Virus record (IMG/VR): IMGVR_UViG_3300005330_000014
Location: 64,001 to 128,000 of that record
Source: a virus
Taxonomy: Duplodnaviria > Caudoviricetes
Strand: one strand, 5' to 3'
DNA length: 64,000 nucleotides
A program made the translations under genes and the position numbers. The notes under the pieces were generated by a model, which did not search any database, was not told the origin of the DNA, and saw only the letters and a list, made by a program, of their open reading frames with translations. This document shows positions 9,512-18,619 of the stretch, one piece after another (position 1 is the first letter of the stretch; each line of letters begins with the position of its first letter).

Positions 9512-9814
9512 TCATTTTCCACAACATTTTTTAAATTTTAATCCACTGCCACAATTACAACGTTCATTTCTTCCCTGAATTTTTTCTTTTTTAATTGATT
9601 CCTTTAATTCTTCCCATTCATTCCCAAATATATTAATTAATCTAAATGAGCCGCCGGGATTTATTATTTCTTTAACTAATATTACGCCGTTATCCAGCAA
9701 TTCCAGCACGCGGCGGGGATAAGTATCGGGTGGCGGCGCGTGATTTACCCAAAATTCTAAGAATGCGCCCGCTTCTGGATATTCTTGTTCAAAAGGAATT
9801 GGATAATTAGTCAT
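9512..9814 (-). CDS. SEC-C motif protein
   Basis: C-terminal GRNERCNCGSGLKFKKCC. Confidence 0.85.
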   Translation of the reverse strand: MTNYPIPFEQEYPEAGAFLEFWVNHAPPPDTYPRRVLELLDNGVILVKEIINPGGSFRLINIFGNEWEELKESIKKEKIQGRNERCNCGSGLKFKKCCGK

Positions 9815-10344
9815 GCCGCTTTCCTATTATTTAGATACTCAACAAATTCTTCATAATCTTCTAACGGAATATATTCAGTGTCATCAGTTAATTGCATCCA
9901 TGCTACTTTAGTTAGGGCACGTTCTTCCCATTTAATTCCTTTAGCAAAAATAGCACGCTGCCCCCGGAATTTATTATAGTTATCAAAATCGGGATGAATT
10001 AGCCAGCCATCAGGCGGAATAATTAGACCATTAGGACAAAAACATTGGAGTTGCTCATAAGAGCCAACTCTGCCATGTTGATTTAATACAACCACTCTTT
10101 CGCGCCGCTCTTTATACCAATTATTTATATTACGATCAAAATTATATCCATATCTAGGCAGCCAATCCCAATGGCGATCCAGCATTTTCGCGCGCCATTC
10201 TGCGACATTAGCTTTTCTAGTATAATGATAGGTATTGATTTCTAATAATACTGCCAAATCCAAACTTTCTGGTTTTTTAAGTAAACTACCAACAACCGGC
10301 ATATCGCCGATCATCCAAAGAGGTTCCCAAGGTAAAGCATTCAT
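9811..10344 (-). CDS. hypothetical protein
   Basis: ORF track; ATGA-type coupling with neighbours. Confidence 0.75.
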   Translation of the reverse strand: MNALPWEPLWMIGDMPVVGSLLKKPESLDLAVLLEINTYHYTRKANVAEWRAKMLDRHWDWLPRYGYNFDRNINNWYKERRERVVVLNQHGRVGSYEQLQCFCPNGLIIPPDGWLIHPDFDNYNKFRGQRAIFAKGIKWEERALTKVAWMQLTDDTEYIPLEDYEEFVEYLNNRKAA

Positions 10345-10550
10345 TAACTTTTTTTATTTTTAAGCAGTTTATATCCTTCTAAAAAGCTTTCAATTTCGCG
10401 GATTTGTTCTTTAGTTACTAAATCATATTGATTCCCAACACTTCTCAATAGAATTCCTTGGGCTAAAATTGCCGCCGCTGCTAGCTGGAAATTGGATTCA
10501 CGAGATTTTTTAGTTACAGTTTCTAAATTTTCTATGAGTTTAGTTAACAT
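10344..10550 (-). CDS. hypothetical protein
   Basis: ORF track; co-oriented. Confidence 0.7.
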   Translation of the reverse strand: MLTKLIENLETVTKKSRESNFQLAAAAILAQGILLRSVGNQYDLVTKEQIREIESFLEGYKLLKNKKS

Positions 10551-10565
10551 ATTATGATTAAATTA

Positions 10566-10757
10566 TTACAAACTAATATCCCGGCGGATTTTTAATCCTC
10601 TCTTGCCTTGATACGTATGTGGAACAATTTCTAAATTAGTTAATTGACTGTTAATTTCAAAACAAGATTCACTATAACTATATGACGTTGCGAAAACTTC
10701 TTTTCCATCTTCAAAATCTTGGATATCCGAACTATCAATAAATAATTTGATTGTCAT
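10566..10757 (-). CDS. hypothetical protein
   Basis: ORF track; co-oriented. Confidence 0.7.
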   Translation of the reverse strand: MTIKLFIDSSDIQDFEDGKEVFATSYSYSESCFEINSQLTNLEIVPHTYQGKRGLKIRRDISL

Positions 10758-10769
10758 AAAATTTGTTAG

Positions 10770-11171
10770 TTATTTAACTTCAAATATTTTTTCAAAATTA
10801 TATATTTCCGTTGCGTGGGTTTTAACCATTTTTGCAATATGGCCATATGGCCTACCTTGCATATATTCAATCGCCTGTTTCATCGTGTCGTACGATTCAC
10901 CAATTTGCCCGCTACTATTCCAAATAGCGCCCCAAAACCATTTATATTGATAATTTGCTTGATCGTCCGGCAGTCTACCCAACCGCATACAAGTTAATTT
11001 GTAAATTATATGTTTATCCTCGGGTTTTTCATTTGGGTAATATGCTAAGATAATCATACCCGTGTCTTTTACTTCTTCCTCAGTTACTTCTTTAGTAGTT
11101 AATATGAGTTTATCTCCACGAAATTCAAACGACTGAGAAATTGTTTTGTTTTTATTCATAAAATTTACCAA
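10770..11171 (-). CDS. hypothetical protein
   Basis: ORF track; true start probably MNKNK at 11159. Confidence 0.7.
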   Translation of the reverse strand: MVNFMNKNKTISQSFEFRGDKLILTTKEVTEEEVKDTGMIILAYYPNEKPEDKHIIYKLTCMRLGRLPDDQANYQYKWFWGAIWNSSGQIGESYDTMKQAIEYMQGRPYGHIAKMVKTHATEIYNFEKIFEVK

Positions 11172-11572
11172 TTAGGATTATCATTAATTCGACGATTGGC
11201 ATACGCGGCCAATTCTTTTCTTCTTTTTAAACTTTTGTTTATTTCAAATTTAGTTGGAAAATCACTTGGCCGAAATGTGTGATTAGGCAGCCGTTTAGCA
11301 AAACAACATAAACAAATCATACCATGACCATTATTAACAAGAAATTGAGTATCAAATAGTTTATGGCTAACCATCCAGTGGAAAAATCTTTCTTTATAAT
11401 AAGAACCATATTTGGGTGGTTTCAACTGGTCCGTTCCAATCGGAGCAATTTTCAAGCAATCACAACAAAATCTAATTCTATTATGAAAAATCCGAAAGAC
11501 ATCCTTTCTTAATTCTTCGCCCCAAGTAATCATTCCATGATCATGTTTACTTAAATCTCCTATATGAAGCAT
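11165..11572 (-). CDS. hypothetical Zn-binding protein
   Basis: CCDC...GMICLCCFAKRL...DF. Confidence 0.65.
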   Translation of the reverse strand: MLHIGDLSKHDHGMITWGEELRKDVFRIFHNRIRFCCDCLKIAPIGTDQLKPPKYGSYYKERFFHWMVSHKLFDTQFLVNNGHGMICLCCFAKRLPNHTFRPSDFPTKFEINKSLKRRKELAAYANRRINDNPNW

Positions 11573-11576
11573 AATT

Positions 11577-11795
11577 TTAATATTTAAACAATTCCGCCAA
11601 TTTCAAATCTCGATCAGTCAATGGGAAAACTTCCTCACTTTTAATTTTGTAGTTAGCGGCAGTAATTTCCCAAGGAAACTCGGCGGCATCGTGCGCCAGA
11701 ATCCGTGCGACGACTCGATAAATGGTCGGCCCATTAGTAATCATTGGGCTTTTAATTAAATAGAATCCGCCGGGTTTAATATCGCTGGCTAGCAT
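11577..11795 (-). CDS. hypothetical protein
   Basis: ORF track; co-oriented. Confidence 0.7.
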   Translation of the reverse strand: MLASDIKPGGFYLIKSPMITNGPTIYRVVARILAHDAAEFPWEITAANYKIKSEEVFPLTDRDLKLAELFKY

Positions 11796-11817
11796 ATATA
11801 AATAACAATAGTATAAA

Positions 11818-12033
11818 TTACTTAATTAGATTCACAAACTCAATTAAACAAGTTGTTAAAAACCATCCGGGACCGAGAATAAGTTTCCAAACCATATTTT
11901 TAATTGCCTGCTTACATTTAACTTTTTCATTTTCCATATTTAGATCGAACAGAATGGCGTCGATATAGGCCGCGTAGCAACCAAACACAAACCACGCGCA
12001 GAAAACGATTAGACAGATAGTTGAGATAGTCAT
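11818..12033 (-). CDS. small membrane protein
   Basis: Two hydrophobic segments. Confidence 0.65.
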   Translation of the reverse strand: MTISTICLIVFCAWFVFGCYAAYIDAILFDLNMENEKVKCKQAIKNMVWKLILGPGWFLTTCLIEFVNLIK

Positions 12034-12302
12034 TTAGTTACATTTTTAATATCAAGTATCCAATTATAGAATTTACCATGTTGAGGGAAAAATAATCCGG
12101 GCATCCAAAAGATAATTACTTTCCACGCGAATTTATATTGTTTGTAGTTAATTACTCCTTGGAAGAACCCAAAAACAGCACAAATCAAACCGCACAATAG
12201 ATACCAAAGTAAGACAATCGGGCCACCAGTATAAAAGTTATACAGCCAAGCTAGTGCGACCACTACATTAATAATCAAGTTAATTTCTTTCGAGTATTTC
12301 AT
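12030..12302 (-). CDS. small membrane protein
   Basis: Two to three hydrophobic segments. Confidence 0.7.
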   Translation of the reverse strand: MKYSKEINLIINVVVALAWLYNFYTGGPIVLLWYLLCGLICAVFGFFQGVINYKQYKFAWKVIIFWMPGLFFPQHGKFYNWILDIKNVTK

Positions 12303-12321
12303 ATTTATAGTAGTTAAAAAG

Positions 12322-12582
12322 TTAAGTTAGTTGCTTATGTTTATACATTCTCTTGTATTGAGTCAATGAAATTTCAACATCATATCGAGCTGATAATGCG
12401 TCATAACTCGTGTCAATTCCATCAATTAAATTGACGATATTATAATCGTACCAAATGATTTTAGCAGCCCGGTTTCTCCATTTGAACAATTCTTTTAGAT
12501 GATTACTTTTTTGACGCTGGCGATAAAGAGCAATCAGTTTTTCAACTGGGATATTATAAAGCTTTTGAGTTGAGGCTTTCAT
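12322..12582 (-). CDS. hypothetical protein
   Basis: ORF track; co-oriented. Confidence 0.7.
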   Translation of the reverse strand: MKASTQKLYNIPVEKLIALYRQRQKSNHLKELFKWRNRAAKIIWYDYNIVNLIDGIDTSYDALSARYDVEISLTQYKRMYKHKQLT

Positions 12583-12597
12583 GATTTTTTGAGTTAG

Positions 12598-13011
12598 TTA
12601 CTTATTTAATTTTGCAAACGGATTCCGGCGGACTTGTTTCTTAGTAATATAGTTAAGTTTTAAAAGGATACAATCACCCAATGAGTACGGGTGGCTGGAT
12701 GTTGAATTGTAAGAATCTGCTAAGTAGGCCATAGTCAACATTGTATCTATGGTTAAACGACTTATGCCATGTCTATTGACTAATATTTGATTTAACTCTT
12801 TAATTCGGCGCGAGCGGACGTTTTTAATAATTACTTTCTTGAAACAGTTAGCATAATAAGTGCAACCAAACTCCTTGCAAAGTACTTTGTTATTATGTGT
12901 ACCATCCACCGACTCTACTTTAAATATTTCTTTATTTGGATCGTCCTTCAAATATACAAAATCCCCCGGTTGGATGTTTTCGGGGTTAAAGATATTCTTT
13001 TTAGTTTTCAT
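12598..13011 (-). CDS. hypothetical protein, N-terminal KOW/SH3-like segment
   Basis: IQPGDFVYLKDDPNKEIFKVESV. Confidence 0.65.
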   Translation of the reverse strand: MKTKKNIFNPENIQPGDFVYLKDDPNKEIFKVESVDGTHNNKVLCKEFGCTYYANCFKKVIIKNVRSRRIKELNQILVNRHGISRLTIDTMLTMAYLADSYNSTSSHPYSLGDCILLKLNYITKKQVRRNPFAKLNK

Positions 13012-13025
13012 ATTAGTTATTTAAA

Positions 13026-13334
13026 TTAGTTAGTTTCTTTGCTAACGAATATACTTTTGCTATTATATAGTTTTTGAGCTTTCTTTTCCGCCGAGAATGC
13101 TGAATATGCTTGGATACGGTCGGTTTGTTCTTCCCCGCAAAGATAAACAATGAAACTTTTTAAAACCTTGGACTTTTTATTAAATCCTTTATTTGTCCGC
13201 GCGGACTTTTTGAATTTCCGGCGACGCTTCCGGCGAACACGTTTGGTTTTAGTTACTTTAGTAGTTTTAAGATTGACGGGAAGTTTGCCCGCTTTCTTTA
13301 AGGCCCAGTACGCTTTTCTAGGAATCCATTTCAT
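13026..13334 (-). CDS. Lys/Arg-rich basic protein
   Basis: KRVRRKRRRKFKK tract. Confidence 0.75.
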   Translation of the reverse strand: MKWIPRKAYWALKKAGKLPVNLKTTKVTKTKRVRRKRRRKFKKSARTNKGFNKKSKVLKSFIVYLCGEEQTDRIQAYSAFSAEKKAQKLYNSKSIFVSKETN

Positions 13335-13370
13335 GATTTTGATTTTTAGTTAATCGTTTAATAAACTTGT

Positions 13371-13411
13371 CTATCCCCACCGGGGGATTTATCGTCCGCC
13401 CGGCGGGATAG
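13371..13411 (-). other. GC-rich 5' leader hairpin
   Basis: CTATCCC/GGGATAG outer stem plus CCGGG-GGAT/GTCC-CCCGG inner stem, just downstream of the promoter. Confidence 0.6.
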
Positions 13412-13425
13412 GTGTTGGTACAGAT

Positions 13426-13454
13426 AATTTACACTACCGTAAACAATCCGTCAA
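13426..13454 (-). promoter_or_regulatory. sigma70-like promoter
   Basis: TTGACG-N17-TAAATT. Confidence 0.6.
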
Positions 13455-13530
13455 GGATTAATTCTAAAAATCTTGCTCCCCTTTTCAATCCACTTTACTT
13501 ACTTGTACTGCCGCAACCGATTCACGGATT

Positions 13531-13731
13531 TTATTTAATTGCGCCCGCTGTGCTTGCATGATCCGCTTGCATACTAGCCATTTGCTTTAAACAGTCATCC
13601 GCCAATTGTATTAAAAGTCTGTTTTTCTCCTTATAGAAGTTAAGTAACTGTTCATTATCATTATCCTTGTTATCCTTGTTCTGATCCTTCTTATCCTTAT
13701 CCCCTTCAATGTTCCCTTCATCGTTATTCAT
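13531..13731 (-). CDS. coiled-coil hypothetical protein, possibly frameshifted (+1 frame continues to 13485)
   Basis: ORF track; +1 frame reads QRAQLNKIRESVAAVQVSKVD. Confidence 0.6.
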   Translation of the reverse strand: MNNDEGNIEGDKDKKDQNKDNKDNDNEQLLNFYKEKNRLLIQLADDCLKQMASMQADHASTAGAIK

Positions 13732-13950
13732 ATTATTATTATTCTGACTCTTAACTATTAAATTGTTTGTTGATTATTCTATTAGTTAGTTAGTTTTATG
13801 CAAGTATTTTGGCAACCAATACTATTAAGATAGCTAAACAGGTAATTGGTAGGGTGGCGTCAGATTCGAGATTGGCTAATGTTACACAATTCACCAAAAT
13901 ATTAAATATATAGTTCATAAGTTAAGCATAAATCGCTAGATTTTATATAG

Positions 13951-14000
13951 AGAAAAAAGAAAGCGCCGGGCAAAGTGTATTTCAACTCCACCCGGCGTTT
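13951..14000 (-). terminator. intrinsic terminator
   Basis: GCGCCGGG/CCCGGCGT stem followed on the minus strand by TTTCTTTTTT. Confidence 0.65.
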
Positions 14001-14034
14001 CGTTGCCATTAGCAGTTAATTGTTAATGTTGTAA

Positions 14035-14298
14035 TTAGGCTACCAGCGTATAAACATAAATGGGATGGCCGCGACCACGAGGAACGGAAACCGCGCGGGC
14101 TTCACCCTCTTGCGTCATTTTATTAAGACGCTGGCGCACTGTAAGCGGGCTTACATCAATACGCTTCTTTTTATTCAAATCCACCGCTTCTTGCACGGTG
14201 AATCCAGTCTTGCGCTTGGGGAATTGCAAATCCAGAGGAATGCGGCCCCGGCGAGTGTCTTGGCTTTGATTTGGCTTATTAGCGAGTTTAGTTTTCAT
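14035..14298 (-). CDS. winged-helix-like DNA-binding protein with GR(P/G) motifs
   Basis: RRGRIPL.LQFP...FTVQE...PRGRGHP.YVY; similar to the central domain of 21569-22369. Confidence 0.6.
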   Translation of the reverse strand: MKTKLANKPNQSQDTRRGRIPLDLQFPKRKTGFTVQEAVDLNKKKRIDVSPLTVRQRLNKMTQEGEARAVSVPRGRGHPIYVYTLVA

Positions 14299-14354
14299 TG
14301 GTTATTTAGTTTAGTTGTTTGATTGAGAGAGCTTTCTATTCTCCCTCTAGTATC

Positions 14355-14382
14355 ATCCTAACACCAATCCTAATAACGTCAA
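14355..14382 (-). promoter_or_regulatory. sigma70-like promoter
   Basis: TTGACG-N16-TAGGAT with extended TG. Confidence 0.8.
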
Positions 14383-14547
14383 GAAAAATATTGAATTTTT
14401 TTGCTAAGTAAGGCTACGTATATCCACTAAACATTTGTTTTACAGGGTATAAACGAATATCCTATGTTCGACTGAACACTATTTTCCTTATCCTCTTATT
14501 CTCTACTTTACCTTTTATTTTATTTTTTCTTAATTATTAGTTATTAA

Positions 14548-14856
14548 TTACTCTAAATCACTCTCAATAACCAATGTTCTTTCCTGATTACTTAGAATCT
14601 CCGCATTTTCTAATACTTTCTTTATACTAGCATCGAAATGCAACCCTTGGCAAACAGGACAAATATCTATTTCTTTAAGAGTTAAACTTTCACACCCTTC
14701 ACAAACATGAAATCTATATGGATGATTTAATATTACTTCTCCATGTAATTGTCGCCGGGCTAGATCGAGCAATGCGGGCTGAGAATGAATATATTGTAAT
14801 TCAAGTAAAAGTGAGTCTGCGTCTTCATCATCATCATCGGGGATACAATGAGCCAT
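14548..14856 (-). CDS. hypothetical Zn-ribbon protein
   Basis: CEGC...CPVC. Confidence 0.7.
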   Translation of the reverse strand: MAHCIPDDDDEDADSLLLELQYIHSQPALLDLARRQLHGEVILNHPYRFHVCEGCESLTLKEIDICPVCQGLHFDASIKKVLENAEILSNQERTLVIESDLE

Positions 14857-14909
14857 AAAAATTATTTAGTTGTTGACTGCATGATTGAGGGGGTTTTGGG
14901 CGGAATGCC

Positions 14910-14938
14910 ATTCCAACAGATTGCGCGCGAACGGTCAA
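14910..14938 (-). promoter_or_regulatory. possible promoter
   Basis: AAATC-TTGACC-N17-TGGAAT; weak -10; CGCGCG in the spacer. Confidence 0.4.
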
Positions 14939-15054
14939 GATTTCTTTTGATTTTTGTTTTTTCGTTTCTTTCGTCTTTTTTTCTTATTCGGCAATGGTTC
15001 TACGTCATTGCGACCAAGTAATCCAATTGGACAAAGGCTCATAAATTTAGTTAG

Positions 15055-15573
15055 TTAATTTCCAAACCACCACTTATAAAAACATATCATACTCACTAGA
15101 TGAAAGAATTGATCGGTTACGACATAACAGATTGCAGAAAAGGAGCCGCGCAAAATGCGATAGTTTAGTTTTCTATTTTGACTTTCTTGTTCAGTTGCGG
15201 GCCACAAAAGAATATCGTTAATAGCTTTATCATTTCCTGCTTCGCCGTACCATTCCTTTGCAATTTCTTTTTTGAAATCAGGTATATCTAAATCACCGTT
15301 TTTCAAAAATCCAGTTAACGGACGACTGTGGATAATTTTTAGCCAAACATCTGCCAAAGAAAATCTATCAATAATCCAATGACTAACAAAAACGAAAGCT
15401 AACCAAACAGGATTTAGATTAGTTAGTAATGCAATACTCGCAGTATAAATTAGAACATGTAAAGTGCAAGTCCAATTACTTGCGCCCTTTTTTACAGCAA
15501 GAGAAGAGGGTTGAAGCAAAAAATCCCCCAAAATGTGTCCTACTACGACGGCAAAGAAAATATCAAAATTCAT
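15055..15573 (-). CDS. DUF3307-family membrane protein
   Basis: GHILGDFLLQ...H..IY...SHWIID...DQFFH. Confidence 0.85.
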   Translation of the reverse strand: MNFDIFFAVVVGHILGDFLLQPSSLAVKKGASNWTCTLHVLIYTASIALLTNLNPVWLAFVFVSHWIIDRFSLADVWLKIIHSRPLTGFLKNGDLDIPDFKKEIAKEWYGEAGNDKAINDILLWPATEQESQNRKLNYRILRGSFSAICYVVTDQFFHLVSMICFYKWWFGN

Positions 15574-15611
15574 AAAAATTAATTAAGTTAATTAATTAGT
15601 TAGTCAATTAG

Positions 15612-15764
15612 TTAAAACAAGTCCGTTTGATTCTTATCTTTATTTTGGTTATTCTTATTATATTTTCTTTTAGTTTGTATCGGGCTGGGCGGCTCAGTTA
15701 TCTCAATAATTTCCGACCCGGGGAATACCTTATCAACTAATTCAATTATTTCTTTAAGTTTCAT
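15612..15764 (-). CDS. 50-aa protein ending in QTDLF (beta-clamp-motif-like)
   Basis: Manual translation MKLKEIIELVDKVFPGSEII...KNQTDLF*; below the ORF-track cutoff. Confidence 0.65.
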   Translation of the reverse strand: MKLKEIIELVDKVFPGSEIIEITEPPSPIQTKRKYNKNNQNKDKNQTDLF

Positions 15765-15787
15765 TAAATTTAAACTTATTATTTTAT

Positions 15788-16096
15788 TTATTCTATTGTT
15801 TGTTCGGGCAACAAAACTGCTCCACCTTGGCTACTGACGAAAATCCGCCGCCCGGTTTTCTGATCCGTCCAAACAGAATGATATTCACCATTACTATATC
15901 CTGATTCAATGCAAATAACAGTGTAATTATTATTTGAATTTGTTTTTACCCGTTCTTTTAATTTGTTGTCACCAACTTGATTAATACCAACCACGTAAAT
16001 AATAAGCGCTGTTACAATAGCTAAAGCCACAACTATTCCAAAAAATTCCGGTAAGCCAAAAGCAGCCGTTGATTTAGTTAATTTTGAATTTTTCAT
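15788..16096 (-). CDS. single-pass membrane protein
   Basis: N-terminal TM segment, C-terminal beta-rich DQKTGR..F. Confidence 0.7.
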   Translation of the reverse strand: MKNSKLTKSTAAFGLPEFFGIVVALAIVTALIIYVVGINQVGDNKLKERVKTNSNNNYTVICIESGYSNGEYHSVWTDQKTGRRIFVSSQGGAVLLPEQTIE

Positions 16097-16108
16097 ATTG
16101 ATTTAAAT

Positions 16109-16408
16109 TTAATTAGTTTTATCAGGCAGTCGTAGATAATCATATAATTTAGCCGCCCGGTTAATTGTTTCTTCGTCTGGATAAGTATCACCTTTTTTAG
16201 TATTGCACGGTTCACAACATGCAACTAAATTAGTTAATAACCATTGTTCGCCTCCGTGCATTAAAGGAATTACATGGTCAATTGTAAAAGATTGCCTAGT
16301 TAATTGTTTACTACAATAAAAGCATCGTCCGCGCGTAGCAATAAAAACAAGTATTCGCCCTTTTTTACTAAATTTATTTTTTGCGCCGCGAATTACAATA
16401 TCTAACAT
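16109..16408 (-). CDS. HNH endonuclease
   Basis: GRCFYC...TIDHVIPLMHGG...NLVACCEPCNTKKG. Confidence 0.92.
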   Translation of the reverse strand: MLDIVIRGAKNKFSKKGRILVFIATRGRCFYCSKQLTRQSFTIDHVIPLMHGGEQWLLTNLVACCEPCNTKKGDTYPDEETINRAAKLYDYLRLPDKTN

Positions 16409-16525
16409 ACTTAGTTACTTAACTATTTAAAATCAGTAATGGGCGGAGCGCCGGAAATCGGCTCGTAAACGCTTTTATTTTCCACGGGTGCAACTTTAAT
16501 ATTACTAGAAATTTCTTCAATTCTT

Positions 16526-16909
16526 TCAAGGAAAATCCCCCCCACTATCTGAAGTATTAATATTATATACCCCTTTTTGCCGATAGTAAATTTTTACCTC
16601 TTTTTGATTATCCATGCTGGATTTTACCTGTTCAACTAAAAATGGCGGCACCGTGAAGTGAAAAGGAGCCGCGCCAAATGATCCGCTGCCATTGTTCATC
16701 CCGCCGCGAATCAATTCAGCTTCATATGTTTTATATTTAAATCCTTGATAATTTAGTTTAATAATTATCCCAATTTTTTCCCCTTCGGCGGGTTGATTAA
16801 ATCCGACACGCCCGAGAACAGGAATACAAATTCCAGCTAGAATAAGTATAATAGAAATAACCGTTAGTAACTCAATTAAAGTGAACGCTTTTAGCTTATT
16901 TATTTTCAT
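16526..16909 (-). CDS. prepilin-type N-terminal cleavage/methylation motif protein; paralog of 25660-26013; +1 frame tail to 16423
   Basis: KAFTLIELLTVISIILILAG; body GEKIG..IKL...G...KTYEAELIRGG. Confidence 0.8.
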   Translation of the reverse strand: MKINKLKAFTLIELLTVISIILILAGICIPVLGRVGFNQPAEGEKIGIIIKLNYQGFKYKTYEAELIRGGMNNGSGSFGAAPFHFTVPPFLVEQVKSSMDNQKEVKIYYRQKGVYNINTSDSGGDFP

Positions 16910-16934
16910 AGATTTGTTTTGTTAGTTAAAGAAG

Positions 16935-17008
16935 TGTCACTGGCGGAATTTGAATCCGCAACGTTCGGATTAGAAATCCGATGCTCTATCCAGTTGAGCT
17001 ACAGTGAC
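16935..17008 (-). tRNA. tRNA-Arg(UCU), no encoded CCA
   Basis: GTCACTG/CAGTGAC acceptor, GCTC/GAGC D stem, TCGGA-TTTCTAA-TCCGA anticodon arm, TTCAAAT T loop. Confidence 0.95.
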
Positions 17009-17022
17009 GTATAAAGAGTTAA

Positions 17023-17328
17023 TTATTTAATTTTCATTACTATCTCACCTTTAACCTCCAAATTAATTAAAGGCGCGGGGATTGTAATTATTTCAACTAT
17101 TTTTGCGGGTTGCTCGGGCGGCTCAATTACAGTAATCGTCCCTTCAAAAACTGTTTCTTGTTCTTTTTTATATTTTTCTCCAAAATACCAAACTTCTTTA
17201 TCGTTAATCCGCCGGAATTGTAAAACTCCCAAATCTTCGCATACCACCCCAAGACTAAAAAATATAAAAGCAAAGAAAATCGCTATAAAAGGCAGAAGTA
17301 ATTTATCTGCTAGATCGTCTAGTAACAT
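17023..17328 (-). CDS. membrane-anchored hypothetical protein
   Basis: N-terminal TM segment. Confidence 0.7.
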   Translation of the reverse strand: MLLDDLADKLLLPFIAIFFAFIFFSLGVVCEDLGVLQFRRINDKEVWYFGEKYKKEQETVFEGTITVIEPPEQPAKIVEIITIPAPLINLEVKGEIVMKIK

Positions 17329-17337
17329 AAAAATAAA

Positions 17338-17610
17338 TTAATTAGACGAAGAAGGAGCCCCTAAATGTATTAAACATTTCTTAGTAATTTCGCGCGCCTC
17401 AGTTAAGTCTTGTTCCGGGAAATCTTTTTTCTTAGCATTTTCAATAGCCCAGCCCGGTATATTTCGCTCTTGACCGTCAGAACAAGACATTAAGGCGATT
17501 CCGGGATCAGTTGTCCATTGTTTGAAAGTAGCTGTATATTTAGCTTTCCCGCCGGTCAATCCCCCTGTGAATCCATTATACGTAAAATTAAGAATAGAAT
17601 AAGATTTCAT
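17338..17610 (-). CDS. hypothetical protein
   Basis: ORF track; co-oriented. Confidence 0.75.
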   Translation of the reverse strand: MKSYSILNFTYNGFTGGLTGGKAKYTATFKQWTTDPGIALMSCSDGQERNIPGWAIENAKKKDFPEQDLTEAREITKKCLIHLGAPSSSN

Positions 17611-17627
17611 AAAATTTATTACTTTAT

Positions 17628-17945
17628 TTAACTAACCAATTCAATTTTAATCCGCCGGAATTTAGTATGAAAAGTTTCATTAGTGTCGGCCAAAATCTGA
17701 TTCCGCCGCCCGTGCAAATCTTGTTTAGTTACTTCCCGGACGCCCATATCTTTCCAAACGTCTCCCACTTGGACTTTCTTATTGCCCGGTTTTACCAATT
17801 TAATTACCAATTCATTTTGTTTAGCACCCGACTTACAAAACAAAACTTGGAAACCTTTAACTTCTTGCTTAACACTGTCCAGCAAAGTTTTTTGATAAGT
17901 AGATTTATTAGAATTAGACTTAGAATTAGATTGTTTGGGATTCAT
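17628..17945 (-). CDS. hypothetical protein
   Basis: ORF track; downstream of a promoter. Confidence 0.75.
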   Translation of the reverse strand: MNPKQSNSKSNSNKSTYQKTLLDSVKQEVKGFQVLFCKSGAKQNELVIKLVKPGNKKVQVGDVWKDMGVREVTKQDLHGRRNQILADTNETFHTKFRRIKIELVS

Positions 17946-17993
17946 AGAGTTGTTAATGTTAATGTAGTCGATTGGAATTTTGTGTGGATTTAT

Positions 17994-18021
17994 ATCCTAA
18001 CACGTAGCTGCACGGCGTCAA
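17994..18021 (-). promoter_or_regulatory. sigma70-like promoter
   Basis: TTGACG-N16-TAGGAT with extended TG. Confidence 0.8.
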
Positions 18022-18073
18022 GGAAAATCTTTGGATTTTTTATTTTTTTGCTTTTCTGTAATTTGCCAAGAAA

Positions 18074-18316
18074 TTACTTTAAATAATCATCTTCATCCAC
18101 TTTAAAATACATGTAAGCATCTGGATAATTAATTACTTGTTCGGCCTCAGAAACCAGCCGCGCGGCCCATTCATCCTCGCTAATTTCAGGTTTATGAGCA
18201 GAAATTTGATTAATTATTTGACCAGTTTGAGCATCAAATTTAAATGTAGCATTCAAGGAATTTAAATCGATGTTATAAGTATGTTTATTATTATTTGGAT
18301 TATTTAGATTGTCCAT
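18074..18316 (-). CDS. hypothetical protein
   Basis: ORF track; co-oriented. Confidence 0.7.
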   Translation of the reverse strand: MDNLNNPNNNKHTYNIDLNSLNATFKFDAQTGQIINQISAHKPEISEDEWAARLVSEAEQVINYPDAYMYFKVDEDDYLK

Positions 18317-18348
18317 AATTGTAATATTTAATAATTTAAGCTATTTAA

Positions 18349-18606
18349 TTACGCAAAATAAATAGTTACTCCACATTGGCGATATCCTTGTGTTTTTAGT
18401 TCCGCTTCGACAATCAGACGATTTTTGTCCTCCAAAGCACTAAACGAAGCGGGCAAGGTAACATCTGTTTGCTTATTTGCAGTCGCCCTTCTAATGGCTT
18501 CATTAATATCATTATAAACAATAGATAATTTTTCTCTTTCTCTCACAATCGCTGCTTGATACATTTGCCGAGCTTCTGTTTGAGGTATTAAAGTAATTTT
18601 GTCCAT
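18349..18606 (-). CDS. hypothetical protein
   Basis: ORF track, start moved to MDKITL to remove the overlap. Confidence 0.7.
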   Translation of the reverse strand: MDKITLIPQTEARQMYQAAIVREREKLSIVYNDINEAIRRATANKQTDVTLPASFSALEDKNRLIVEAELKTQGYRQCGVTIYFA

Positions 18607-18619
18607 AATTTTATTATTA

